Source: Candidatus Magasanikbacteria bacterium GW2011_GWA2_56_11 (lineage in GTDB: Bacteria; Patescibacteriota; Patescibacteriia; Magasanikbacterales; UBA922). From it: 54,914 nucleotides of DNA. The stretch lies in the NCBI GenBank assembly GCA_001004885.1, contig LCRX01000015.1, positions 1 to 54,914 of the forward strand, given 5' to 3'. This document shows positions 35,726 through 45,262 of this stretch, in pieces; position 1 is the first letter of the stretch, and each line of letters opens with the position of its first letter. The notes beneath the pieces were generated by a model. That model was not told where the DNA came from and did no database searches. It saw only the letters and a list, made by a program, of their open reading frames with translations. The translations under genes and the position numbers were made by a program.

Positions 35726-35863
35726 ATGAAAGTCACTGCCTCAGTCAAAAAACGCTGTCTCAAATGCAAGGTCGTCCGCCGCCAGGGCGTGGTCCATATC
35801 ATTTGCGCCAACCCGCGCCACAAGCAGCGGCAAGGCACCAAGCAGCGCAAAAAGGCCGCTTAG
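35726..35863 (+). CDS. rpmJ: 50S ribosomal protein L36 with 8-aa C-terminal extension
   Basis: below the ORF-track cut-off: [45 protein letters not shown]. Confidence 0.95.
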   Translation: MKVTASVKKRCLKCKVVRRQGVVHIICANPRHKQRQGTKQRKKAA

Positions 35864-35914
35864 CCGCTAGCTTAGCGGCTGTAAGCACTAAACACTTTTG
35901 ATTACCTATACTGT

Positions 35915-36301
35915 ATGCGTGTCGCCGGCGTTTCCATTCCTCGTGAAAAAAGACTCCTAGTAGCCTTGACTTATATTTACGGCGTTGGTCCGACAACAGC
36001 GCAAAAAATCGTCGAAAGCGCGGGCATCCCTCTTGAAAAGCGGGTAAGCGAGCTGACCGAAGCCGAAGAGGATCGCGTGCGCAATATCGTCGAGAAGCAA
36101 AACACGACCGAAGGCGATCTGCGCCGCCAAATCCAGGCCAATATCAAACGGCTCAAGGATATCAAGTGCTACCGCGGCGTGCGGCATATCCGCCATCTGC
36201 CGGTGAACGGACAGCGAACCAAAACTAACTCCCGTACGGTGCGCGGCAACAAGCGCAACATCGCGACGAGCGGCCGGAAACCGTCGGCCCAGAAGACCTA
36301 A
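35915..36301 (+). CDS. rpsM: 30S ribosomal protein S13
   Basis: RVAGVSIP..K....ALTYIYGVG, EGDLRR, YRG.RH...LPVNGQRTKTN. Confidence 0.98.
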   Translation: MRVAGVSIPREKRLLVALTYIYGVGPTTAQKIVESAGIPLEKRVSELTEAEEDRVRNIVEKQNTTEGDLRRQIQANIKRLKDIKCYRGVRHIRHLPVNGQRTKTNSRTVRGNKRNIATSGRKPSAQKT

Positions 36302-36338
36302 AGCCGTGCCTTTCTAAAGTCTCTTAGTTACCGAAGCT

Positions 36339-36728
36339 ATGGCAGATAAAAAAACCAGCAAAAAAAAGAAGGTTATCAAGGCCGTTTCCCACGGGCGGGC
36401 CTACATTCAGGCCAGCTTCAATAACACCATCGTTACTGTTACCGACACCAACGGCGATGTTATCGGCTGGGGAAGCGCCGGCGGCGCCGGATTCAAAGGA
36501 CCGAAAAAATCCACTCCGTACGCGGCCGGGATCGTAGTTAAAAAGGTAGTCGAAGCCATCAAGGCGTACGGATTGAAAGAAGTCAATGTCCTGGTGAAAG
36601 GCATTGGCGGCGGGCGCGAAGCCGCTATCCGCGCTTTCAACACTAACGGCGTTCAAGTCCTGTCGGTCCGGGATATCACCCCGACTCCGCACAACGGCTG
36701 CCGGGCTCCCAGACGCCGCCGCGTTTAA
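36339..36728 (+). CDS. rpsK: 30S ribosomal protein S11
   Basis: IQASFNNTIVTVTD, GFKG.KKSTPYAA, DITP.PHNGCR. Confidence 0.98.
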   Translation: MADKKTSKKKKVIKAVSHGRAYIQASFNNTIVTVTDTNGDVIGWGSAGGAGFKGPKKSTPYAAGIVVKKVVEAIKAYGLKEVNVLVKGIGGGREAAIRAFNTNGVQVLSVRDITPTPHNGCRAPRRRRV

Positions 36729-36771
36729 AATCAAATAACCTACTTACTTTCTAGTACCAAATCGCACACGT

Positions 36772-37395
36772 ATGGGTAGATACACCGGCCCCCGCAACAA
36801 AATCGCTCGCCGTTTCGGCGTTAATCTTGGACTCAAGTCCAACTCGGCCAAGGTGGCGCGCCGGCTAAACCAGCGCCCAGGCGTCCACGGGCCCGGATCG
36901 CGCCCCAAAGCGCCGTCGAGTTTTGGCAAACAGCTGATCGAAAAGCAGAAGGCCAAGTTTATGTACGGCATCCGTGAACGCCAGCTGCGCCGCTACGTTG
37001 ACACCGCCCGCAGTACCAGGGGAAACTCCGGGACGATGCTTTTGGAACTTTTGGAAATGCGGCTCGACAACGTCATCTACCGCCTCGGCTTTGCCGCCAC
37101 CCGCGCCCAGGCGCGCCAGATGGTGAACCACGGCATGTTTGTCCTGAACGGCAAAAAAATGGATATACCCTCTCATGTCGTAAAGATAGGCGACACAGTA
37201 ACCATCAAGCCCAACAAGGCGAAAAAGAAGCTGTTTGAGGGCATGGACGAAAAGCTCGAAAAACAAGAACTCCCGTCCTGGTTGACCGCGGACCGGGCAA
37301 CGCTTTCCGGCAAGGTGGTGTCGAAGCCCGGCGAGACGGATTTTGAAAAATTATTTGACGTTAAATTCATTATCGAGTATTTCTCGACTCGCTAA
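36772..37395 (+). CDS. rpsD: 30S ribosomal protein S4
   Basis: MGRYTGP, QL.EKQK, LE.RLDNVIYRLGFA.TR.QARQ.VNHG. Confidence 0.98.
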   Translation: MGRYTGPRNKIARRFGVNLGLKSNSAKVARRLNQRPGVHGPGSRPKAPSSFGKQLIEKQKAKFMYGIRERQLRRYVDTARSTRGNSGTMLLELLEMRLDNVIYRLGFAATRAQARQMVNHGMFVLNGKKMDIPSHVVKIGDTVTIKPNKAKKKLFEGMDEKLEKQELPSWLTADRATLSGKVVSKPGETDFEKLFDVKFIIEYFSTR

Positions 37396-37446
37396 TCCCT
37401 CAGGGAGGGTGTTGGGGAGACCCGCCACCTAATAATCTCTTAGCCT

Positions 37447-38151
37447 ATGGCACATATTTTGCTGCCTTCGACACTGGAATTCCAGAAAACGGACAACCCC
37501 TTGGCCGGAAAACTGGTTATCACGCCCTGCCACCAGGGATATGGAACCACTCTCGGCAACGCATTGCGCCGGGTCTTGTTGTCTTCCATTCCCGGGGCAG
37601 CGGTTGAGGCGGTCAAGATTGAGGGTGTACAGCATGAATTTTCCGCCATCCCTGGCGTTCTCGAGGACGCTATCCAGGTGATCCTCAATTTGAAGCAGCT
37701 GGCCCTGATATCGCACGCCGAGACGCCGGTCAAGCTGGAGCTGTCCAAAACCGGAATGGGTCCGGTAACGGCGGCCGATTTCGCGAAAAACGCGGACATA
37801 GAAGTCCTCAACTCAGAACTCTTGCTCGCTACTCTGACAGATGAAAAAACCCCTTTTAATATGGAGGTTATCGTCGGTCGCGGCCTGGGCTACATTCCGG
37901 CGGCCGACAAAAGCAGCAAGAACCTGGACTTGGGCACGATGCTCGTTGACAGTTTTTACTCACCGGTCAAAGACGTCGGCTATGATGTGGAAAACACCCG
38001 CGTAGGGGATATCACCGATTACGAAAAACTGACCGTCTCGATAGAGACCAACGGCACCATCACCCCAAAAGAAGCCGTGCGCCAAGCGACCGACATCCTA
38101 ATGAACCATTTTAGGAGCGTGCTCGAGGCTGCCGAGGCACGAGAAGATTAA
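37447..38151 (+). CDS. rpoA: RNA polymerase alpha subunit, N-terminal domain only
   Basis: GYGTTLGNALRRVLLSSIPG, HEFS.IPGV.ED, VENTRVG..TDY.KL...IETNG; stop at 234 aa with no alphaCTD. Confidence 0.95.
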   Translation: MAHILLPSTLEFQKTDNPLAGKLVITPCHQGYGTTLGNALRRVLLSSIPGAAVEAVKIEGVQHEFSAIPGVLEDAIQVILNLKQLALISHAETPVKLELSKTGMGPVTAADFAKNADIEVLNSELLLATLTDEKTPFNMEVIVGRGLGYIPAADKSSKNLDLGTMLVDSFYSPVKDVGYDVENTRVGDITDYEKLTVSIETNGTITPKEAVRQATDILMNHFRSVLEAAEARED

Positions 38152-38160
38152 TGTCACTGT

Positions 38161-38511
38161 ATGCGCCACCAAAAGAAAACCGTTAAACTCGGACGAGTCA
38201 AGGGGCCGCGCCTCGCGCTCATGCGTTCTTTGGCCGAGAGCTTGGTTCTCCACGGCTCTATTACCACCACCAAAGCCAAGGCCAAAGCGCTGCGCTCGGT
38301 GGTTGAGCCTTTGGTAACCAAAGCCAAAAAGAATCGTCCGGTGGACCGCGAAGCCGCCACCCGGGTGCTCTATACTGCCCGCGCCATGAGCAAGCTTTTC
38401 GGCGAAATTGCTCCGCGCTATAGCGAGCGGCCGGGCGGTTATACCCGCATTACCAAGCTTGGGGCGCGCCAGAACGACAGCGCCGAGATGGTTAAAATCG
38501 AGTTTGTCTAA
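38161..38511 (+). CDS. rplQ: 50S ribosomal protein L17
   Basis: MRHQK...KLGR, I.TT..KAKALR, R.GGYTRI.K...R..D.A. Confidence 0.97.
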   Translation: MRHQKKTVKLGRVKGPRLALMRSLAESLVLHGSITTTKAKAKALRSVVEPLVTKAKKNRPVDREAATRVLYTARAMSKLFGEIAPRYSERPGGYTRITKLGARQNDSAEMVKIEFV

Positions 38512-38516
38512 AGACT

Positions 38517-38888
38517 ATGAAGAAAACGCCGACAATCAAAAACGCTCCGGCCGTGGAAATTGATGCCGCCGGAAGGGCAGTCGGACGGGTCGCCGCCGAG
38601 GTGGCCATGATCCTGCAGGGCAAGCACAAAGCCACTTTTGTAAAGCATCTTATCTGCGGCGACGCGGTGAAAGTGAAGAACGCCGGCCAGGTCAAATTTA
38701 CCGGTCGCAAGCTGGAGCAAAAGGATTACCTCAAGCACAGCATGTACCCGGGAGGACTCAAACGCCGCGCGATGAAACATGTGTTTGCCGACGATCCGGC
38801 CGCTGTCGTGCGCCGGGCGGTATACGGCATGCTCCCCAAAAATAAACTCCGCGACGAGATTATGAAGAGGCTGACTGTGGAGGCCTAA
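38517..38888 (+). CDS. rplM: 50S ribosomal protein L13
   Basis: IDAAG..VGRVA..VA..L.GKHK, HSMYPGGLK, AV.GMLPKN.L. Confidence 0.97.
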   Translation: MKKTPTIKNAPAVEIDAAGRAVGRVAAEVAMILQGKHKATFVKHLICGDAVKVKNAGQVKFTGRKLEQKDYLKHSMYPGGLKRRAMKHVFADDPAAVVRRAVYGMLPKNKLRDEIMKRLTVEA

Positions 38889-38914
38889 TTTCACTTGCTG
38901 ATTCTTTTATTGGT

Positions 38915-39325
38915 ATGGCAGATAAAGCAACCAAAACCGGTACGATGGAACGCGCCGTCGGACGCCGCAAAACAGCCGCCGCCAGAGTGCGTTTAATGCC
39001 GGGAAAGGGTATTATCACCATCAACGGCCGCCCGTTAGAAGACTACTTCCCGCTTTCGGTCTGGCAGGAAAAGGTGGTCGCTCCGCTCGCAGTGGCTAAT
39101 CGCGAGAAAGAGCTCGACGTAACGGTCCGCGTGGCCGGCGGCGGTGTGAGCGGCCAGGCCGACGCCGTCCGCCACGGCATCGCCCGGGCTCTCATCAAAT
39201 GGAACGAAGACTTGCGGCCGGTATTGCGGGCGGAAGGTTTACTTACGCGCGACCAGCGGGCCAAAGAACGTAAAAAACCCGGCTTGCATCGCGCCCGCCG
39301 CGGCCACCAGTGGAGAAAGCGATAA
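38915..39325 (+). CDS. rpsI: 30S ribosomal protein S9
   Basis: GRRKTA.ARV, GGGVSGQA.A.RHGIARAL, LTRD.R.KERKKPGL; terminator hairpin at ~39356-39382. Confidence 0.98.
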   Translation: MADKATKTGTMERAVGRRKTAAARVRLMPGKGIITINGRPLEDYFPLSVWQEKVVAPLAVANREKELDVTVRVAGGGVSGQADAVRHGIARALIKWNEDLRPVLRAEGLLTRDQRAKERKKPGLHRARRGHQWRKR

Positions 39326-39442
39326 ATTTTGCCGCCGCTTACTGTAGTCTGCTATAAATCCCCCCGCCGGGGGATTTATTTTAGGCTTGTTTTTGTCCAC
39401 CTGCTAAGCTACAATACTTTCGCTTGAATCCATTCCCCTGAC

Positions 39443-40873
39443 ATGTCCTCCCTAGCCAAAAACACCGCCCTCATGATGGCCGGTTCAATCGGCCAGAAGA
39501 TCATCTCGCTCCTGTATTTTGCCATCGTCGCCCGCACCATCGGCGTGTCCAACACCGGCCTATACACGGCCGCGCTGGCTATGAGCACTATTTTTGTGGT
39601 TTTCGTGGACCTGGGCTTTACCAATGTTTTCATCCGCGAAGCGGCCAAAGAACCTGACAAAATCCAAACCTATTTTTCGCGCGTGCTGGCGGCCAAAATG
39701 ATTTGCGGCGTTTTAAGCTACGGCGCCCTCGCCGCCACGCTGCGCCTGCTTGACTTTGAATGGGAGTTCAAACAGTTGGTTTACATTTCCGGCCTCACGA
39801 TGCTGTTTGATTCCTTTCACCTCACGGCCTACGGCGCCCTGCGCGCCTACGGCAATCTTAAATACGAATCCATCGCCCTGGCCGGCAGCCAGTTCCTGAC
39901 GCTTGTTTTGGGCAGTCTGTTTTTGTACCTGCGCCTGCCGCTGTACTTTCTCATTCTGGCGTTTACCACTGCTTCCGCCGCCAACGCCATTTTTGCCGGC
40001 TTTGTTCTGCGCCGCCGCTATGGGTTGTCGCTCTGCCCGAGCTTTGATCGCGCGGAGATAAAAAAGCTGGCCTATCTTACTTTGCCGTTCGCGCTGGCCG
40101 CTATTTTCGGGCGTATCTACTCGTATGTTGACGTGGTTCTTCTTAAAAAATTGGCCAGTAACGCTGCCGTGGGCTACTATAGCACCCCCTCCAAGATCAC
40201 TTTTGCCTTCCAGTTCATTCCGCTCGCGCTGATTGCTTCGCTCTACCCACGTTTTAGCGAATACTTTGTCCGCGACCGCGAAAAACTGGCCCAGATGTTC
40301 GCTCAGAGCCTCAAATATCTGGGCCTGATCGCCCTGCCCCTAACGGTAGGCATTTTTATCCTGGCTCCGGATATCATTGTGGCGGCCTTTACCGCCGAAT
40401 TTCTGCCGTCGGTGCTGCCCTTGCGCATTTTAATCATCAGCCTGCTGTTTTCTTTTATCAGCTTTCCGATCGGCGCTTTTCTGAACGCGACGAATCGCCA
40501 GACCATGCAAACCGCCATTACGGCCTGCGTCCTGGCGGCTAATATTACGGCTAATTTGCTTCTCATTCCGCGCTATGGCGCGGCCGGCGCGGCCGCCGCC
40601 GCCCTGCTCGGAAATTTGCTGCTTGGAGCCGTTGGCTATGCCCTGATCCCGACGATAGCGCGCATACCCCACGCCTTTATCGCTCGATCATTCCTGTCTC
40701 TGTCGGCCGCGGCGGCTCTGATGGGCGCGGCGGTATGGTACTTGAACCGGACCGCCGGTCTCTGGCCGGCCGTAGTGGGCGGAGCCGCCAGCTACGCCGG
40801 GCTCTTATTCATAACCAAGGCCCTAAGCTGGCCGGACGTAAAAGAACTCATCGGGCTGCTAAAAGCCCGATAA
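39443..40873 (+). CDS. Wzx/MOP-family polysaccharide flippase
   Basis: 476 aa, 12 or more hydrophobic helices, DLGF, VGYYS motifs; next to a GT4 gene. Confidence 0.85.
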   Translation: MSSLAKNTALMMAGSIGQKIISLLYFAIVARTIGVSNTGLYTAALAMSTIFVVFVDLGFTNVFIREAAKEPDKIQTYFSRVLAAKMICGVLSYGALAATLRLLDFEWEFKQLVYISGLTMLFDSFHLTAYGALRAYGNLKYESIALAGSQFLTLVLGSLFLYLRLPLYFLILAFTTASAANAIFAGFVLRRRYGLSLCPSFDRAEIKKLAYLTLPFALAAIFGRIYSYVDVVLLKKLASNAAVGYYSTPSKITFAFQFIPLALIASLYPRFSEYFVRDREKLAQMFAQSLKYLGLIALPLTVGIFILAPDIIVAAFTAEFLPSVLPLRILIISLLFSFISFPIGAFLNATNRQTMQTAITACVLAANITANLLLIPRYGAAGAAAAALLGNLLLGAVGYALIPTIARIPHAFIARSFLSLSAAAALMGAAVWYLNRTAGLWPAVVGGAASYAGLLFITKALSWPDVKELIGLLKAR

Positions 40874-40896
40874 TCTGTTACACTACAATCGGAATT

Positions 40897-42036
40897 ATGA
40901 AAAGAATCCTCATAATCACTTTGGAATTTCCGCCGCAAATCGGCGGCATCGCGGCATACGCGCATGACCTCGCTTCAGCCTTACCGGCCGCCAAAGTAGT
41001 CGTGCTGGCGCCGAGGCTCAAAAAGGGGGACGATGCCGATATTCAGGCACCCTACGAGATTGTGCGCCAAAAGCTTTTTTTTCCGCGGTGGGTCTGGCCG
41101 CGCTGGCTGCGCCTGCTGCTGGTTTCGGCCTGGATAGTGCGCCGAAAAAAAATCGAGCTGGTTCTTATCCACCACATCCTGCCGGCCGGATACGCGGGGT
41201 GGTTAATTAAAAAAATTTTTCGCGTCCCTTATCTGCTTTTTTCCCACGGCACCGACGTGCTGGCCGCCGCGGGCACGCGCCGAAAAAAAGCTTTCACCGG
41301 GCTTATCGCCCGGGGCGCGGAGCAGCTGGTTTTCAACAGCGAGTCGCTGCGCCGCCGTTTTCTGCGCGTCTGGCCGGAGTTGGAAAAAAACTCGCTCGTG
41401 CTCTATCCCTGTCCGCACCCGGATTTCTTTGCGCCGCCGCCGCCGGCAGAGTTGCACGAATTGCGCCGCCGCCTGGCGCTCGAAGGCAAACGAGTCGTTT
41501 TGTCCGTCGCCCGGCTCGCCGAGGGCAAGGGTTTCCCGCACCTGATCCGCATTATGGACAAGGTGCTCGCGCGCAATCCCAACGTGGTCTGGCTGATTGT
41601 CGGTACCGGCCCCAAAGAAGCAGAGATACTGGCGCAAATTCAAAAAAAATCCCTGCAAAACATTGTCCGTTTTATCGGCGAAGTGCCCCGCAGCCGGCTG
41701 CCGGCCTACTATTATCTGGCCGACCTGTTCGTTCTTCTCACTCATCCTGACGAGGGACGCGAAGAAGGGCTCGGCCTGGTGTTTTTGGAAGCCGGCGCCG
41801 CCGGCCTGCCCGTAATCGCCGGCAAAAGCGGCGGCGTGGAGGAGGGGGTGGCGCAGGCCGAAACCGGCCTGGTGTTCGATGTTTACCGCGAAAGCCGGCA
41901 CATTGAAGACGCCATCGTCGAGCTTTTGGAAAACCGCGCCTACGCCCGGCAGTTGGGCGCCCAAGCCCGTGAACGTCTGAACTCTGAGTTCAGCTGGCCG
42001 CACCAGCTCGATAAGCTGGCTCCCTGGATTGGCTAA
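40897..42036 (+). CDS. GT4-family glycosyltransferase
   Basis: EFPPQIGGIA, LSVARL...KG, EGLGLVFLEAGA.G.PVIAGKSGG; start at ATG 40897. Confidence 0.9.
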   Translation: MKRILIITLEFPPQIGGIAAYAHDLASALPAAKVVVLAPRLKKGDDADIQAPYEIVRQKLFFPRWVWPRWLRLLLVSAWIVRRKKIELVLIHHILPAGYAGWLIKKIFRVPYLLFSHGTDVLAAAGTRRKKAFTGLIARGAEQLVFNSESLRRRFLRVWPELEKNSLVLYPCPHPDFFAPPPPAELHELRRRLALEGKRVVLSVARLAEGKGFPHLIRIMDKVLARNPNVVWLIVGTGPKEAEILAQIQKKSLQNIVRFIGEVPRSRLPAYYYLADLFVLLTHPDEGREEGLGLVFLEAGAAGLPVIAGKSGGVEEGVAQAETGLVFDVYRESRHIEDAIVELLENRAYARQLGAQARERLNSEFSWPHQLDKLAPWIG

Positions 42037-42079
42037 ACCGGCATCGACACTGAGGCGGCTAATATGATATATTATTCCC

Positions 42080-42391
42080 ATGAAACGCCGCGACCACACA
42101 CCCATCAGGCGCTTTTTTACATCCCGCGCCTTTTTGGTGGTGGGGCTGTGCGCGGCGGTCCTATCGACACTGGGCTTTGCCCGAGCCTATTACGAGGATT
42201 ATTCTGTGCGCCAGGAAATCCGGCGCCTGGAAGACGAGGTGCGGGGTTTGGAGCGCAAAAAACTGGAATCAATGGAAATACTTAAATACGTCGGCAGCCA
42301 GAATTTCGTCGAAGATCGGGCGCGGGTCGAGCTCAACCTCAACAAATGGTGGTATTATTTCACCGCGCATCGTCTGCCCCCGGCAGAGTAA
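42080..42391 (+). CDS. septum formation initiator (FtsL/DivIC-like), possibly internally deleted
   Basis: TM helix + coiled coil + FVEDRARVELNL joined directly to KWWYYF. Confidence 0.7.
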   Translation: MKRRDHTPIRRFFTSRAFLVVGLCAAVLSTLGFARAYYEDYSVRQEIRRLEDEVRGLERKKLESMEILKYVGSQNFVEDRARVELNLNKWWYYFTAHRLPPAE

Positions 42392-42423
42392 TGCGTTGTT
42401 ATTTATTGGCCGTACTTTGCCTT

Positions 42424-43542
42424 ATGGAAGAACAAATTCAGTCAAATCAAACTCCAGAAATTACTCCTTCGACTTCCGGAGCGTCCGCCCGCCAGGAGCC
42501 GGACGCGGCGCCGGGTTCATCCCGCCGCCGTCTTTTGGGCTACGGAGCCGCCGCGGCCCTGGCCGCGGTTATTTTGGCCGGGGGCGTTACCGGCCTCGTC
42601 GGCGCCCGCCGATCTTCGGAGCACCCCCTGGTCGTCTCGGCCGCCCGTGTTTTCGGCGTGTCGGCCGGAAGCGTAAACAATCGGTCCATCAGGTACGCCG
42701 ACTACGTCAGAGACCTGGCTGCGCTGCGTATTTTCTATAATGCCAACACCCAGGCCGGCGCTCCGACTTACACTGCGGAGCAACAGTCGGACCAGGCCCT
42801 CAGCCGCCTTATCGCCAACGCTCTTATAGCCGAGGTGGCGGCCGAATACCAGGTGTCTGTCGGGCAGGACGAAGTCGTGGAGATAAGAAAAAAACTAGCC
42901 GAGCGCTTTGAAAACGACGAAAACAAACTGGCCGAAGATGTTAAGAAAAATTTCGGCCTGGAGCTGTCCACTTTTTTGGAAAGCGTGGTTAAGCCATCGC
43001 TTTTGGAGCAAAAATTATCCGCCGCCTTTGCCTCGTCAACGGCTGAAGAGGGCGGCCAGTTTGCCGCCGAGCAGGTGAAAGCGCGCCACATTTTGTTCAA
43101 CGTCAAAGACCAGTCTGAAGATGCCAAGGTCAAGAAGACGGCCGCCAAGGTCCTGGCGCGCCTGAAGAAAGGAGAGGATTTCGCCACCCTGGCCAAGGAG
43201 TTCGGCAGTGACGGGACCAAGGACCAAGGCGGAGACTTGGGTTGGTTCGGCCGGGGCCAGATGGTACCGGAGTTTGAACAGGCTGTATTCGCTCTTGAGC
43301 CCGGAAAGCTCGGCGAAGAGCTGGTGAAAACCGAATTCGGCTACCACATAGTGCAGGTTGACGAGCGCCGCAATGTTCGCGATTTCGGCGCCTACATGAA
43401 TGACCGGCTGGATAAAGCCCAGATTAAGATCTACGGTAAAATTCACAATCCTTTTGCCAAGCCGGAAGAGCCGGCAAACGAAACCGAGACCCCGCCAGCG
43501 GACAATAACGGAAACGGACCGGTCGGTCAGCCGGCCGAATAA
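42424..43542 (+). CDS. PrsA/SurA-like parvulin peptidyl-prolyl isomerase
   Basis: TM anchor, SurA-N-like region, VKARHIL, F..LAKEF..D.....GGDLGWF.RGQMVPEFE, TEFGYHIV. Confidence 0.9.
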   Translation: MEEQIQSNQTPEITPSTSGASARQEPDAAPGSSRRRLLGYGAAAALAAVILAGGVTGLVGARRSSEHPLVVSAARVFGVSAGSVNNRSIRYADYVRDLAALRIFYNANTQAGAPTYTAEQQSDQALSRLIANALIAEVAAEYQVSVGQDEVVEIRKKLAERFENDENKLAEDVKKNFGLELSTFLESVVKPSLLEQKLSAAFASSTAEEGGQFAAEQVKARHILFNVKDQSEDAKVKKTAAKVLARLKKGEDFATLAKEFGSDGTKDQGGDLGWFGRGQMVPEFEQAVFALEPGKLGEELVKTEFGYHIVQVDERRNVRDFGAYMNDRLDKAQIKIYGKIHNPFAKPEEPANETETPPADNNGNGPVGQPAE

Positions 43543-43584
43543 AGCGACAACTGGGCGGCCGGGCAAAAAGTTCCCGGCCCGCAA

Positions 43585-43655
43585 GCGGGATTAGTACAAT
43601 GGTAGTATGCGTGCTTCCCAAGCATGAGACGCGAGTTCGATTCTCGTATCCCGCT
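43585..43655 (+). tRNA. tRNA-Gly(CCC)
   Basis: acceptor gcgggat/atcccgc, anticodon loop ttCCCaa, T-loop gttcgatt, U73. Confidence 0.95.
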
Positions 43656-43670
43656 CAAATATTTTTTTCT

Positions 43671-43963
43671 ATGAGCCATTCCGAGGTCTCCCGGCCGTCG
43701 CTAAGCGATGAAACCAGGGGAGAAAACACGAGCCGCTGGCGGTAAAATTGGCCGTACAGGAAGCCGTGATGACGCGGCTAGGGCGGCTGACGCCATCCAT
43801 GGATCCGGCGCAGCAGGAAGCGTCTTTCGAGGCCTGGTGCCAGAGCGGTGATTCGGGGCGTTTCGCCCAGCTTTACGAGACGGAAGAAATTCAGGATCTG
43901 CTCCGGCAGAACTGGAACCTGGCGGCGGAAAAGATCGCCCAGTATTTCGCGGCTACTCAATGA
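43671..43963 (+). pseudogene. small hypothetical protein, possible single-base frameshift near 43725
   Basis: ATG 43671 frame MSHSEVSRPSLSDETRGE joins frame KHEPLAVKLAVQEAVM... if one A is added to an A4 run. Confidence 0.35.
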
Positions 43964-43981
43964 CATTAGGCCTCGCGGTTT

Positions 43982-44314
43982 ATGATCAGGGAATCGGACT
44001 TCGTTAAATTGCGCGTCATGGTGCCTCTCGAAGCTGGCGAGCGGGTGCGCCAGGCATTGGGCGCGGCCGGTGCCGGGGTCCAGGGTGCCTACAGCTTCTG
44101 TTCCGGCACCTACCGGCAAACCGGCCGCTTTAAACCGGAAAAAGGCGCCCGCCCGGCCGTGGGCGAGATTGGCAGACTCGAGTCGGTCGAGGAAGAAGTC
44201 ATCGAAACTATCTGCCCCAAGGACATTCTCGAAAAAGTGCTCCAGGCCGTGCGCCAGGCGCACCCCTACGAAGAACCGGCCATTGACATTCTGCCTCGCC
44301 TTGAGATATACTGA
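43982..44314 (+). CDS. stand-alone YqfO/NIF3 insertion-type (PII/CutA-like) domain protein
   Basis: KL.V.VP....E.VR.AL..AGAG..G.YS.CS, G.F.P..GA.P.VG.IG.LE.V.E..IE, AHPYEEPAID. Confidence 0.85.
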   Translation: MIRESDFVKLRVMVPLEAGERVRQALGAAGAGVQGAYSFCSGTYRQTGRFKPEKGARPAVGEIGRLESVEEEVIETICPKDILEKVLQAVRQAHPYEEPAIDILPRLEIY

Positions 44315-44376
44315 TCGCGTTCGTTCGTCCCGCCGCTTCGTCGGCAATAACCCCAATAGAGGCAATTTCAGAGCAC

Positions 44377-44449
44377 GCCGATGTAGCTCAGTTGGTAGAG
44401 CGGCGCATTCGTAACGCGCAGGTCACCAGTTCAATCCTGGTCATCGGCT
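44377..44449 (+). tRNA. tRNA-Thr(CGT)
   Basis: acceptor gccgatg/catcggc, D-arm gctc/gagc, loop ttCGTaa, T-loop gttcaatc. Confidence 0.93.
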
Positions 44450-44563
44450 CCGAAGAAAGACCGTAATTAGCGGTTCTTTTTTATTGCGGTCGAATATGGT
44501 ATACTTCAGACTCAACCGCCGGTCCTACGTTGTATGGTGGAGGGGGACGGCAACCTATTTTCT

Positions 44564-45247
44564 ATGATCCGCCTGCAGGGCGTTTCCAAGCAATACGCGG
44601 AAAACAGCGTGGGTCTGAGCAATATCCATCTGGCCATCGAAGCCGGTGAATTTGTGTCCGTAGTCGGGCAAAGCGGCACGGGAAAGACTACGCTCGTGAA
44701 ACTTCTGATTGCCGAAGAGCAGCCGACCAGCGGCCGCATCGAAGTGGGCGGGTGGGATATTTCCCGGCTGCCGCGCCGCGATGTGCCGGTTTTGCGCCGG
44801 CAGATCGGCGTTATTTTTCAGGACTTCAAGCTGCTGCCAAAAAAAACCGTGGCGGAGAATATCGCTTTCGCTCTGGAGGTGGCCGGAGAGACCAGAGCGC
44901 GCATCCGGCGCGTTATCCCGCAGGTGCTCGACATTGTCGGCATAGGAGAGAAGCACGAACGCTATCCGCACCAGCTTTCGGGCGGCGAACAGCAGCGCGT
45001 GGCTATCGCGCGCGCCCTGGTCCACCGGCCAAAAATTCTGGTGGCCGACGAGCCGACCGGAAACCTGGACGCGATTAACACGCACGAAATTATCGAGATT
45101 TTAAAAAAAATAAACAGCTTCGGCACCACCGTGCTGTTGGTTACGCACAACCGCGAAATTGTGAACCACCTGGCGAAACGCGTCATCACTCTTTTGAACG
45201 GCGCCGTCGTCGCCGACGAGGTAAAGGGGAAGTACCGTCTAAGTTAA
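44564..45247 (+). CDS. ftsE: cell division ATP-binding protein FtsE
   Basis: [46 protein letters not shown]; upstream of ftsX. Confidence 0.92.
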   Translation: MIRLQGVSKQYAENSVGLSNIHLAIEAGEFVSVVGQSGTGKTTLVKLLIAEEQPTSGRIEVGGWDISRLPRRDVPVLRRQIGVIFQDFKLLPKKTVAENIAFALEVAGETRARIRRVIPQVLDIVGIGEKHERYPHQLSGGEQQRVAIARALVHRPKILVADEPTGNLDAINTHEIIEILKKINSFGTTVLLVTHNREIVNHLAKRVITLLNGAVVADEVKGKYRLS

Positions 45248-45262
45248 CTCCATTGGTCCCTT

